Positions 38,863 to 51,672 of a stretch of DNA of 64,000 nucleotides are shown here, in pieces (the stretch's first letter is position 1; the number at the start of each line of letters is the position of its first letter). The DNA comes from Marsupella aquatica. Its lineage: Eukaryota > Plantae > Marchantiophyta. The stretch lies in the NCBI GenBank assembly GCA_973895155.1, contig OZ316895.1, forward strand, positions 62,001 to 126,000, given 5' to 3'. A model generated the notes under the pieces. That model saw only the letters and a list, made by a program, of their open reading frames with translations, made no database searches and was not told the DNA's origin. The translations under genes and the position numbers were made by a program.

Positions 38863-41460
38863 AAAAAACACCTGTCTAGTAAAGGTATAAGGGGTACTCT
38901 AACCTCAAGGTAAGGTATCAAACTATATATAGGGTCAAAGAGATGTGGACTACTGATCAAGGTAATAAGGCAAGCATGATGCGCTATACAGATTTTGGTA
39001 ACTCATAGACAGTGTACTAACATATCCCATCTTGACACTAAAGAGGAGCCTAATCCTGAATACCAATCTTGTGTTGTGTTCAAGCCAAAACTATGTTGTC
39101 TTCAAGGTAACCTTGTGTCTTCTCTATACAAATACTTGTATGAAACAGTTGTTTGGGGGTAGGTTAAACATTTACCTCACTTAAATATGCCATCATCCAT
39201 AAAAGCAATCTACATTTTCTTTCAATATCCTTGTGAAAGGTATGGATAATAGTTTTACTACTATTATAGTTATGTACATTTATCTTTTATCAAATTATAT
39301 ATATGTGCAAGGTATTTAAGCCAAGTACTTAATTTTCAAAGTTGTCACTTGAGCTATCTGGTAACGTGAATACCATCCATTTTAATCTGTAAAAATTAGT
39401 ATGCATGGGTGCAGATGGATGTGTGATGACATGCGTAGGTAGTATGACAGGATGCCCCGCCGAGTCAAGGAATCTTTTGCCCTCATTCTCTCATTCTTGA
39501 ATTGGCGCTCATTTTGCTGATCGTTTGTTCATGATGCACCTTATTGTTTGTTCGTGCTTCGATTGACAGTGTAATCTTAGCACTCGCATCTTGTTCTATT
39601 GTTGCTGCTTGCATCAATGTCGCTCGCACCGGGTGTGCATTCCTTCGTGCTCTGATTGTCAGGAGTACTCGCCCGTGGATCTTGAGTGTGCCTGTCTTTA
39701 TGCTCCGACTGTCAACCGGTTTTACTCGATCTTGAGTGACTGTGCATGTCTTTATGCTTCGACAATCAGTGCTAATCGTCTGTGGCCATATTAGTCAGGC
39801 TTTTTGGTGTGTGCCCTCACGTACTTGGACCTGTGCGCTCTCACATGTTCGGCTCTGCACAAATGTTATGCTGCGCGCGCCGGTGGCGGTCCCCCACAAC
39901 TAGTGATTGACATTCGTGGTACGTGGTACGCTCATTCGTGCTTCCAAATTTTGTGGTTTTCTTGTGAGCATCCCAAGTTTTTGTAGTGGCGCTTGCTTGT
40001 CTTTGCTTGTTCCTCTTGCTAAAAGCTAGCAATGTTTGGCAGTCGCTCGCTTGATGTCTAAGCTTGTTCCTCCCATAATTTTGAAGAAGCGGGATTCAGC
40101 GGCCCTTCACCATTCTCTGTATTCCAGCTTTTCAGGTAGGTTTGGCCAGTCCTTGCTCTAGTTTGGATTAATTTTATCAGTTATTGCTTGAATATCTTTA
40201 CACAGTCTCCACATTATGGTTGCGGCTGCATATAGGTTGTCTTCTTGTCCATTTGTTCATACTGAGTAGTCTGGATCAGAAGGTTGATTGAAACTGTGTT
40301 GAAGCTTCTCTCACTTGGCTCTCTCGTGTCTCATTGTCATGCTCTCTATCTGTCGTTAGTGTGACAATCTACACTCAGTGAGGCAAAGTACATTTGAAGG
40401 CCACGATCAATCAAAACTCTTCTCGGTCTATCTCGGCTCGGGCTTTTCACTTGGCACCAAGGTATTTAATTACATTTTTCTTACCCCCTTTGTCAAATTG
40501 TTGCTCTGTGGCTGAACAGTCCTTTCCACTACCATCTCCTTCATTGTCTCCACTCTTCCCATTGAGTCTCCACGTCTCCACGTCTTCCTTGCTTTCGCTT
40601 GGTGATATCCTTCCAGCTCAGTTCTGTGCCATTGGAATGTCCTCTGTGATGCCTCTCGCCGTCCCTCTCCCAATCCGGAGAATTATCATGCTCACTGATC
40701 CTTTTAAATTTTGATAAATGATTTTGACTCTTATCCGCAGTCTTTTGAATTGGCCCCTCTTCTTCCTCGTCACCTTGCCCTAAAACCCCGCCTCAATCCT
40801 ATGTGCACTCCTTCCTTCATCTCCATTCGCATCCCTACCATCTTCCATGGCGTTTAACTCTCTTTCACCCGAAGCATAAACAGTACACTTCACAAGATGA
40901 CGTAGCTAATTTTAAGGTTAATGAAGGATTGACCTGTTCTGTGAAAATCTGGCAGTGTACTGGATTTGACATCGACCACCAATCACGCTGCATTTTCAAA
41001 GAGTTCAATCATTTTGAAAGAAAGGAGCAACCAGCAGCTGACAAGCAACAAACTGACTAGTACACAGTCATAACAAACCAAATTAAGGTGAGTGATCTTT
41101 GCTTGGCTTAGTTATTGGTTGGAATTTCCAAGAGTGCAAGAGTGATTGGAGAGATAGATGTGAAAGATCCAATTGAATACAACTCTATGAACATATTACA
41201 GTCACATGGAAGAATCTAAATATGTGTATCAATGTCTAATAGTAATTGATAGAAGAATAGGAATTGGAGTCGGCCACAAGTGAACATGCTTAAATGAACG
41301 ATTGAAACCCTAAATTCCACTGCAAAAACCAGTCACAGGTCATTTTTCTCTGAAGCTCAACTCAATAAGAACCCTAAAATCCATTTCATGGGTCACCAAG
41401 ACATGGAGAATATCTTCATGATTCTTTAATACATAAAAACACCCGTAACCCTATCTGATC

Positions 41461-41800
41461 CACGGAACACTGTTTCGTGACTCCCTGATTCAGGAAACAT
41501 GGTTCATAGTCTATGATCTACATACCCTTGGATCCACGGAACACAGTTCCGTGAGTGCCTAGTCCCATCAAGCACTGGATGAACGGAACACTGTTCCGTG
41601 ACTCCCTGATTCAGGAAACATGGTTCATAATCTAGACATACACTTGGATCCACGGAACACAGTTCCGTGAGTGCCTAATCCCGTCAGGCACTGGATGAAG
41701 GGAACACTATTCCGTATACTTCCCCTAGATATTGTCTAAAATTAATCCAAGAACTCTAAACTAAATAACTAACATGTACCACGGAACACCGTTCCGTGAA
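41461..41800. repeat. Cluster of six CACGGAAC-N3-GTTCCGTG palindromes, partly from a ~120 bp tandem duplication
   Basis: Copies at 41461, 41535, 41583, 41651, 41701 and 41780. Confidence 0.9.
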
Positions 41801-41941
41801 TCATCTAAATATATGGAAAACGACAATGCTACTAGGAATGCTCATCAGTAATGTCTGTCAATTGAAACAAATAAGCTTTTCTCTATAGATCTCCTGAGAT
41901 AACTTGTTTGTATTGTGATAATTAACAGACGTCAAGGAGCA

Positions 41942-42481
41942 ATGGACAGATGCTCAATACAAAACATTGAATCTTTCTTACCGGTCTTTGTGAGAATACT
42001 TTCCGAACAGGAATTGGTGAAGTCAGCAACTCAGCTATCTGGGAATCTTATTCCCGGACTTCCGGATGACATTGTTGTAAACATAATATGGCCAATAATA
42101 AAAATGTCATTTGACCATGGGGCTCAGTCGGGGAATCTAACACACCCAATCATCCTTAGTTTTTTCTCCTTACGAGGACTCTCAAGAAAGTGGAATCATC
42201 TAGTCAATAATACATACTTGATGGGAATCATTAAAATCACAGAAAGTGATTTAAAAGGCATACACCCATTAGTAATTCCAGAAGAACATCTTTCTCAGAC
42301 AATATCATGTCTCTACTCAAAGTATCCTACATTTCGGTTTTTTGGAACTATGTCCTCTAAGCACATTAACCAATTCGCAAAAAGTTTTGATCGGTTACAT
42401 CCAAGACTAAAATGGGACTTTCTAATAGATTGTTGGAATTTAGGATACATTGAAAGTGCACCATGGGATCAGATGAATTGA
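41942..42481 (+). CDS. Small hypothetical protein with an F-box-like motif
   Basis: LIPGLPDDIVVNIIWP...LRGLSRKWNHLV resembles the plant F-box pattern LIPGLPDD..VS+.W. Open frame of ~179 aa. Confidence 0.45.
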   Translation: MDRCSIQNIESFLPVFVRILSEQELVKSATQLSGNLIPGLPDDIVVNIIWPIIKMSFDHGAQSGNLTHPIILSFFSLRGLSRKWNHLVNNTYLMGIIKITESDLKGIHPLVIPEEHLSQTISCLYSKYPTFRFFGTMSSKHINQFAKSFDRLHPRLKWDFLIDCWNLGYIESAPWDQMN

Positions 42482-42728
42482 TTCACGGAACACTGTTCCG
42501 TGAATGGTTCATGAGCTACAGACCTTCAATGCAAACTAGAGAAGATTAGACTTGCAGCATAGGCACAATATCACTAGAGCTGCTTGATTTGTTTCCTCTC
42601 AGAAACAATTTGTAATCGTTACATATTTTGTGAATAAAAAGTTTTGGCCAGAATCTATTTCTCTATCTACGGTTGTGTCATCGATCTAAGAATTTAATTC
42701 TTGAGACACATCATATTGATTTCTACAG

Positions 42729-45700
42729 ATGGAGGACAAAGATGATGGGAAAGGAAAGAGGAAGGTGGAAGAGAGTACATCAAATCCTCGAGGAAAAATA
42801 CAGAAGGTGTCTGAATCGGCTGAAGACACACTATTAAGAAAATACAGAGGTCCCAAGATAAAGAAAGTTGTTTGCGATGAAGCTTTGGTAGTCCATCCAG
42901 TGAAATTTGACAGTGTTGATAGCTGGGGAATCGTGCTCTATAATGAAAACATTTACATAGCAATGGACTGTGGCACTCTGAGAGTGATATCAGATCATCG
43001 GGTCAATGGTTGCTTCTTCAAGAAGAACCTAGGCATGGAAGACTTCCAAGAAGCATTGTGCTTCTTGATGGAAGATGTGAATTCCAAAACTATGGTTGGG
43101 CTTTGTATGCGAATGAATGACTACACAAAATTTGATCAGAGTCAAATTGATGATCTAGTCAAACTGTCTCCAAGGTACAGACCTTCACCAGGACAGGAGA
43201 TGATGCCTTTGACTCCCGAAGATACAACTGGTGAAGACATTGCAGCCTACATAGTTGAAGTGCTTGAGAGCACTGGATCACCATTTGTGAATTTGTTTTC
43301 CATTGGGAGGAAAGGGGAGATAGGACCAGGAAACTTGCCAGAAGAGTTGACTGCAGAACGTGCAACTGAATTGTTCAATTCCCTTTTGACAGAGTACAAA
43401 GATCTCACTCTTTTTGATGGTGAATCAATTACTGTTAATACACTATGATGTAAGATAGGGCCAGACGATTACAAGTGTAGAGTCTTTGATAGAAAATACT
43501 GTGAGTTGTTAAAAGGGTCACTCATGGGTCACTCATCAATTTCTCTGGAAAAGAAGACTGTCTACCTTGTCCCCATCCAATGGGATTCTGAATCCGCCAA
43601 GGCAAACAATATGTACAATGGAACACCGTTCAAATCAAGACCATCCCGAAGTGTTCTTGATTCCTGTTACTTTTGGATTGTTGGTGGACAACATACCATC
43701 AAAGCTTACAAGATGCTGATGTTAGATCCCAAATTTGATCCAAAGAGGAAGGATCTGCTTCAAACTGTCAACGCCTATCTTTTTTGGACTCCATTCAATA
43801 TGTCAGGAAACACACGGATAATGGGGTTGTCTCAAGCTCTGAACAACATGAATCGGACATCGATGCCAGAAAGCCAGTTCCTTCTTATGGCAAAGCAAGT
43901 CCGCTCAATTTGGATTTCTGCTGGTCGACCGGATCCAGCTTTGTCAAAGTCAGCCAAGTCAACGTATAAGGTAAGCACAATGTAATTCATAGATTTTTGG
44001 GTGCCTTATGCAAGTAGTTTTTATACAAAACAGTGTTCCCTAGCTGGTCCATGTCTTCTCAAAAGTAAATTCACCTTTTTGTGAACTGTGTTTGCAGGCA
44101 TTTCTGAAACCTGCAAGGATCGCTTACCCGACAGCTGTTATAGTGAATGGCCAGATGCAATTTGTAGAAATGTCACCTTTCCTATTTGAAATGTCAGACG
44201 AGACATTTCAAAAGTGGATGGAAGTGCAGCGGATGTCAGAGGAAGGAGAACTCATTCACTATAATCGACTTCGACAGGCAGATGCAAAACCTTATCAGGA
44301 GCGCACAACTTGGCATCTGAAGAGAAGGTTTTTTACACACCTTCAAGGGCTTGAAGACCGGGACTTGTCCAAAATAGCCACTTATCTGATTGAGGGAAGG
44401 AAGATCTCTCTCTATCCTAAGAAGAGAAATGATAAGTCATACGATCCAGTGGCGGAAAAGGAGTGGAGATCATTTGAGCAATATTGTCGAGGCAAGAAGT
44501 ACAAGAGGGTTTTTCAGGTGATATGCTTGAAGCAATTTACAGAGAAAACTAGGGTGAACGATTTCAAGAAGTTGAACAAGGTGCAGCTCAAGCGTAAGTT
44601 CAAAGAGGTGAAGGAGTTCTTCCATCTTGATTCTGAGAGGATTGCTTTGCTACGCGAGGCTATGGGAGAGAAAGTTCTGAAGATGGGAATTAATCAAAAT
44701 TGCAAGTGGACTCACTTGATTGAAAAACTTCCTGCGCCTTTTGAGAACCTTGTTGAGTCTATTCAAATGATGTTTGACCAGGCTGGAAACTTGAGAGTTG
44801 TCAAGACAAATGACCTCTTCCGTCTTAGATCAATAAGTGGATTTGGGAGCATAACGTTTTTTAGAAAATTGGCTGAGGGTTACAAAAACAAAGCCAACTT
44901 TTTCTTCTTTGACCTGACAACGTCCCCAACGTTTGGTCCATACAACCGAGAGTTTTATGATGGATTTTTCAAAGCAACAGCGGTCGTCGGTTGTCCAACA
45001 CACAAGATTGTGTTGATCATGAATCCAATGGAGGTAATGGACATGACTTCGGCAATGTGTCGCATCCCGGGGTACATCACAGTGCAGGCTCAATACATGC
45101 GGAAGAAAACAGGAGGAGATGGAACACAACTTTTGGAAAATGATGGCAAAGTAGTCCAATATGTCTCATATATCTTTTTCAATCAGGCATTTGATGCTTC
45201 AAAAGATCAACCAGATAGGCAGGAGGCCATTCAGGCTTGCCTAAACGACAATATCAGGAATTTTGAAGAAGCGGAAACGGAAGAGAGTCTTGTCGAAGAG
45301 AAGAGCACTGAATTTTATCAGTACCTAGTGAAACTTCTCATGAAGCATCAAGATACAGCAATCTGTTTTGGTGAAGGCCGCAGGTTAACTCAATGTCTTA
45401 TGGTAAGAATGATCTTTCCTCAAATTTAGTTTGCAGTAAAAGTTTCCCTATTGCTTTCTGAAGATGGTTTGAGACTAATTTCACATTGCCAATTTCAGGA
45501 GTTTGAAGTCAATGTCAGAAGCTATTGCTCAATAGAAAGTCATGAAGCAACCACAAATTACTTCAACACTTTGTTTCCGAGATTTGAGGAAGTGCCTCAA
45601 AAATGTCCTGACAGAGAATCTTTTGAAAACCTCCTAAAGAGAAAGGTCGAGAAAAAGAGAAGCATTTATCATGTCCGAGATGATTTGACTGACACATTAA

Positions 45701-47023
45701 AAGAAAACTATCGACTCAGTGATGATGAGATCTATCGAGTCATTCGAGAGGATGGACTTCAGGAACAAAGTGATCCTATTGCAGACTCCTTACCTTATGA
45801 GCTTCCTACAATTATCCCAAAAGGACCATTAAGAGGTAACATTGAGACAACTAAGGACTAAATAGTTGTTTGAGTAATGAACTAGGATAATTGCAGAAAA
45901 CCATTCTCTGAATTTCAGTTTATTTAAATGTGTTTATTCAGTTTATCTAGTTTATTCAGTTTAAGATGGGTGCTGAAAGATTGTTCCATCTTAGATTTTT
46001 CATTCGAATGTGTTGGGTTCAGTCTATTAATGTTAGTGTAGTATGGAGAGTTTTAGATTTCTCAGGATCTGCAATGAAATCCAAGCACTTGTCAGATTGG
46101 TTATTGATTATTCAAATTGATATCAAATACAGTTATTGAGTATATTTGAGTAAATCTCTTGGCATCTATGGCGGAACACCGTTCCGTGAACTGTACATAT
46201 ATCATGTATAGAAATTTGTTCATTTCCATCTCCATTAACTTGTCTACTAGTATATTAAAGTTTTCCTTTGATTGCACTAGGTGACCATCGGGTCGAGATC
46301 ATTGGGGAATATCATAAGAGGTCTAAGAGAGGTATAACTGAAGAGGATCAATTGAGAGTGAGTGGAAAATTTTCTGCTGATAAGGAAATCGAGAAGAGGT
46401 CCAACCTGAGTGAGGATGAGCCCAAGAGGAAAGAGTGGCGTTCTAAAGTTTTCGAGGAAAAAAAAGGAGAGGTCACATTTGAATGCCAAGATGATACCCC
46501 CTCTAAAGACAATTCAGACAGTCGAGAAACTATTCCTGAAAGTGAAGGTGAAGATGTAGGTTCTTTGGAGGAAATGGCAAGTGAAATAGGGGATGACAGT
46601 GAGAATGAAGATGTTCCACAATTGGGCCAGGAATTGCAAGGTGAAGGTTTTCGGGGACCATGGGATGAGGATAGCGACAAAGATGATGACGAAGAACAAA
46701 TGAGCTATCCAATTGAGGGAAATTCAAAAAAATGTATCCATATTCCTATTCAAAGTCTTGGGGTGGGACCTCGACCGTATTGTAGATATTGCAAAAGAGA
46801 GGCAATAAGGAATACACATGACGCACAAAAAAGGGAGCAAGAAGTTCAAAACACCGAAGAGAAACAAAAGGCCAAAGTTGAAGAGGAAGCAAGGAAGCTC
46901 AAGGAGGAGATGGTTCATAAGGAAAAACAACACAAGGAGAGGGAGGAGAGGTATAAGGAAGAGAAAGAGAGGGAGGAGAGGGAAGCGACTGTATATATCT
47001 TCTCTGCACAGCGCGTGCAATGA
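42729..47023 (+). pseudogene. Four-exon gene (~1200 aa): ParB/Srx-like domain, degenerate N4/N6 DNA-methyltransferase-like domain, acidic and coiled-coil tail; one in-frame TGA at 43446
   Basis: Phase-compatible GT-AG introns at 43971..44097, 45403..45498 and 45836..46280. ParB-like R.FD...LLK.SL / FWIVGGQHT.KA / QALNNMNR. MTase-like DLTTSPTF and EKS..F...LV......DT..CFGEG...R.YCSIE. Confidence 0.6.
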
Positions 47024-47109
47024 GGCCGGTCTTCAGGCCATTTCAGGGTATTTAGGGAGCGCGGTGCATGGTCTCCTACATGCAGTGCACGGTCTCAACG
47101 TTTCATTAT

Positions 47110-48385
47110 TTGGACTCCCACAACATTATTATTAAAACCTTTAAACTCCGCTAGTATTGATTAGGGTGACTTACGGGTGGTTGCCGTAGGCTCCCATAAC
47201 ATTATTTTTTAAGTGTTCATACACCACTAGCATTCATTGTGACTCACTTGTAGTCCCGTACTCCCATAACATTTCCAATAAAAGTCTTTTGCAGCTATAA
47301 CATTCATGTTGAAACCATTGGACTCCGTTAGCATCAAAAGTGTCACCATTCAATTTGGGTTCGTGAGAAATACAAAGGAAACAAAGCTTGGTCAATGCTT
47401 CTAGAATTCCTGTACCAGCCTTCAATCTGGTTCCTTAATGTGCTCGTCACCTTCAAATTCCCTTCTGCATTATTGTTGGGTCGGTATTTTGGTCGGGAAG
47501 CATTGGCCTTCGAGAATTCCTGTCGCTGGCCTTCAATCTGGTCCTTGACTGTGCTCGCCACCTCCAAATTCCCTTCAATCTGCATCTTGAATCTTGCATC
47601 GCTTGGATGGCGTACTGACGTCGTCAATAATTGCAGCAAGTGATGGATTAGAGTCGTTGTCGGATGCAGTCTTCAAGCGAAGGCGTTTCCGAATGGTTGT
47701 GTTTTTTATGCTTACTGGTGGCAGTGGCGTGGCATGGTTTCAGGCCGAGTGTGCAGTGATGGAGCTTCTCTTCTGTACAACATCCATGGTTGCAGTATTC
47801 ATGCCTTGCTACTCACCTCCATCTGTGTTGCAACTCCATTCAAACACTCCTAGGACCCAAATCGCCTTCACTGTCCAACCCACCATACAAGACTCTTATG
47901 TAAAGGCTGTGTCTCACATGCGATACATGGTATGTCTCCAAGTTTCAGCATATGGACTCCCACAACATTTCCGGTTAAAGTGGAGGCTCCCATAACATTT
48001 CCGGTTAAACCGTAGACTCCCATAGCTTTCATGTTGAAACCTTTAAACTCCGTTAGCATCAAATGTGTCACCATTCAATTTTGGACGTGGGAAATGAGAT
48101 ACAAAATTTTGGACGTGGGAAATGCCCATGTGCTCAGATGGGTATGTATGTTTCAAATTACAGTATTTTGAAGGTTGGGGGTTAGGAGGGATGGGGGAAT
48201 TCCAAAACGCACAGCCACCATGTGTTGGGGTAATGCAAGTGCCAATGTGCTCCGAAGGGTATGTATGTATCAAATTACAGTATTTTGAAGGTTGGGGGGT
48301 ACGAGGGATGGGGTATTCTAAAATGCACAACCACCATGGGCTGGGGTAATGCAAATTAATGCCCATGTGCTCTGAAGGGTATTAA
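47110..48385. repeat. Patchwork of local direct repeats, including a ~118 bp tandem unit at 48122..48385
   Basis: TGGACTCCCACAACATT at ~47110 and ~47952; AACTCCGTTAGCATCAAA.GTGTCACCATTCAATTT at ~47320 and ~48045; GCCCATGTGCTC.GA.GGGTAT x3. Confidence 0.7.
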
Positions 48386-48647
48386 TAGGATAATGTCCTG
48401 GTTAGAGGGCATTGTGGGATATAATGCCCGTAACTAGGACATTTAATGTACGTAAAAACTTGAGTGACTTTTTGGTAACAAACAAGAAAAATTGAATCCC
48501 TGAAATAGAAAATTCAAATTAAAGGGTCATCCAAGAAGTGGTTGCTATGGAATTGGCCAAAAATATACCTTCTTTAGTTATATTAGATTCTATTCATAGA
48601 TATTGTGTTAGTATCAGGTAGGTGTTTTGTATAATCCCCTCCTCAAA

Positions 48648-48800
48648 AAAAGGGGTGCATTATGGAGAATTAATGCACTCAAATATACAAAGAGAAAAGC
48701 CACGAAAGTCTTTACGTATCAAAATTACAGTATTGAAGGTGAAGGGGGGTACGTGGGATGGGGGTATTCTATAACGCACAGCCACAGTTGAAGCCACTTT
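48648..48800 (+). repeat. 153 bp direct repeat, copy 2
   Basis: Matches 27413..27565; its 3' half is a variant of the 118 bp tandem unit. Confidence 0.9.
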
Positions 48801-49489
48801 GATAAGTGATTACTCAGTTGAACAGTAGGAGAGCAATGCTGCTCTAAGTGGAATGTCTTATTTTGTTTACGAGTGGAATGTCTTGTTTTGTGGACTACCG
48901 TAAACAGACATGTTCATTAATGAAGAAATGCGGTGCTGGTCAGACTGTCCTCACTGTTGTTTTTATAAAGTGGGATGAGAAGCTATTGACAAACCACATC
49001 ATCACTGACCACACACACTCTTACTGTATAATAATCAGAAGTACTCACTGTACTGTCCAGTAGTCTGCGTTTTTGGATTAGTTGTGATGATTTCTGTTTA
49101 GTCTGCTACTGTAAGGAGGTTGAATGGGCAACCTTCCAGTATGGGTGAAGGTTTTTTCGGGAACAAACAGGCACAGCAGGGTAGTATGGTTGAATTGCCT
49201 AATCTATCTTGTTGTGGGCATTGTATTGCACCTCGCGCCAGCTAACCCTTGGTACACTCTTAATCTTAAAAGGTGTTCATCTGTAAAGGCCAAGTATTCT
49301 GATAAACCCACACAACACTATTGAAAGAAAAGGAACAAGGTTTAGGGTTTAGAGTATTCTGAGAAAACCACACACTGTTGACACTGTTTACATGATAAAT
49401 GGCCACTGTCAGTAAGAGATACAAAAGTTGAGGTCATGTAATGCGGTATTATGGTTCATATTATTTAGGAAATTGGGCCATATACGTGG

Positions 49490-49885
49490 ATATCATGCAC
49501 AAGCTAGGGTAATCTAATAATCGAGTAATGTACAACTAAGGTTAATGTTAGGAATACATCCGAACCTCGGGGTAATCCAATCACAAAGCAATGTACTAGA
49601 CAAGTTAATCTTAGGATATTGTGCCATACACACGGATGCGAAAGTTGGGGTAATCTTATCCATCAATAAATATACATTAATTAATGTTCAGGATTTGTGC
49701 CATACACATGAATACAAAAGCCGGGGTAATCCTACACAAGGATACGAAATGCAAGCCGGGGTAATCTTATAATCAATAAAGTACTAGTAAGGTTAATGTT
49801 TGGAAATTGGCCACCCATGGATACAAAGCTGGGGTAATCCTACACATAGATACGAAGCGAATGCCGGGGTAATCTAATAATCATA
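49490..49885. repeat. Degenerate repeats built on a GGGGTAATC motif
   Basis: About 7 copies of (G)GGGTAATC with recurring flanks. Confidence 0.7.
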
Positions 49886-49903
49886 ATTAAAGTACAAATG
49901 AAT

Positions 49904-50496
49904 GAGTAAAGCTACATCATCAGTTATTAGTGTTTTCCATCAGTCGACCTGATATCAGTCGTCACGTCATCCTAGAGAGGCCGCCAAGTTGGGGCGCCAA
50001 AAAAAAATGCGAAAAAAAAACTTTTGCACATCTCAGCTGACCTCGCCGAGATTTGCGTAAGGCCAAAAAAATGGGAAAAAAAATTAAAAAATTCCAAAAA
50101 TTCTCAAAACAAAAAAAATTCCCCAAAAATATTTTTTTCACTATGGGTGTCCGTACCGTACGGACACCCATCTCGGCGAGACCCGCCGAGATAGTCCGAT
50201 GTCCGTATGGTACGGACACCGAATTTTGTCGGAATTTTTTTTTAGATTTTTTTTTTTTGAGAATTTTTGAAAAAAAAAATTTAATTTTTTTTCTTCGTTT
50301 TTTTTGTCCTTACGTCGATCTCGGCGAGGTCAGCTGAGATTGACTCAATCTCAGCTGCCCCAGCTGAGATCCTTACGCCGATCTCGGCAAGGTCAGCTGA
50401 GATGCGCGAAAGTGCGAAGGCCCTATCTCAACTGCTCAGCTGAGATTCAGAAATTTCAAGGCAACCAAACTGATAACTGATGATCCTCGCTACCCC
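49904..50496. mobile_element. Mutator-type foldback MITE with 9-10 bp TSD
   Basis: CAAATGAAT(G) on both sides (49895.. and 50497..); terminal inverted core ATCATCAGTTAT.AGT; nested internal inverted repeats. Confidence 0.8.
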
Positions 50497-51672
50497 CAAA
50501 TGAATGTATTAAGGAATGTACTAAGCTGGGCTGTAAAAATGTGGGGTTTTACATACATGGACACAAGACTATAAACGTGACGAAATGATGTAATCATGCA
50601 GGTCAGGTAAAGTAGGAAGACTGTTTGTTACACCAACAGTCTTCGGCCACAAATGAGTTTTCGGCCACAAATGAGGTGTTGTACAACACATTTGTTATGT
50701 CGTACAGCCATCCATTTGAGTAGTGTTTTTTTAAATAGATGTAAGAGGGAAAATTGGCAGGTCATGTGGGACTGGGGAAAAATAAATTTTGATTTGTGTG
50801 AAGTGCGCCTCACACGTCGCTTCTAGGTTCTGAAAATCTAGGGTTGATGGTAAAAATGAAAATGTATAATCTGAGTATGAAATAGATACGGAGGTGTCGA
50901 GGAGTAAAACTAGACCAGACCAGAATGGGGCAGGGGGAGTTTAGGGTCCATTTATATTGAATGTAATGAGAGAATTGTTTACTAGAATACATGGTACCCC
51001 ATATTTAAATAACGTGTCTATTGATCGATACCCAGGAAAGAAAATACCGTCCTATCTTCTTTGCACTTCAACCGATGCACAATGCTTGCCTTTCTAGGGA
51101 ACAAGGTAGCCAAAACAAATTCACCAAAGAGAATAGATACGTTCAAAACTCCTGACTCTAATTTACAAATACTAAAAAAAAACATTTGACTCTTACCTGA
51201 AGTTTTCCTATCGTCTAAAATCGTAAAGTTTCCCTCTCCTAAAGCTCAAATTGTTTTTCCTTCCCTGCCCTTCCTCAAGTTTTTTTCCCTAGCGCCTGAA
51301 GCTGGAGTTTTTTTCCCTTCCCCCCTGACGGTGAAGTTTTTTTTTCTTCCTGGAAAAAGCTGAATTTTTTTTTGCTTGCTTTGGTTTTTGCTGTTTTTCT
51401 TCTCCCCCACTTTCACATTATGTAGGTTTGTACATCATGTGCGAAAAAAACTAGGATACAATGTATGGATTTGATGAAAAAAATCACCTCTGGTTTAGGG
51501 AACCAATATAGAGCAGATAAATTCAAGCATGTACTTCGGCCGGTATTTGTCCCTGCAATACCCAAAATGCTGGTCCGGTGAGGTTTAGGGTCTTTTCAGT
51601 ACGTTTGGAGTCCTTCTACCGGCGCAGGGCGCCTTCATGGGGTCCCTGCCCGCTTCGTTGCTTGCTATGACT

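Noticed and set aside
34757-41060. Short ORFs between the transposase and the palindrome cluster
   Set aside because: No recognisable motifs or convincing exon chain; small upstream exons cannot be excluded.
41461-41800. CRISPR-like array of palindromic repeats with spacers
   Set aside because: Spacers are uneven and duplicated (1 matches 3, 2 matches 4), there are no cas genes, and the context is eukaryotic with introns.
42481-42505. Canonical bacterial parS site
   Set aside because: It shares GGAACA/TGTTCC hexamers, but in the opposite arrangement to TGTTNCACGTGNAACA; only a functional analogy is proposed.
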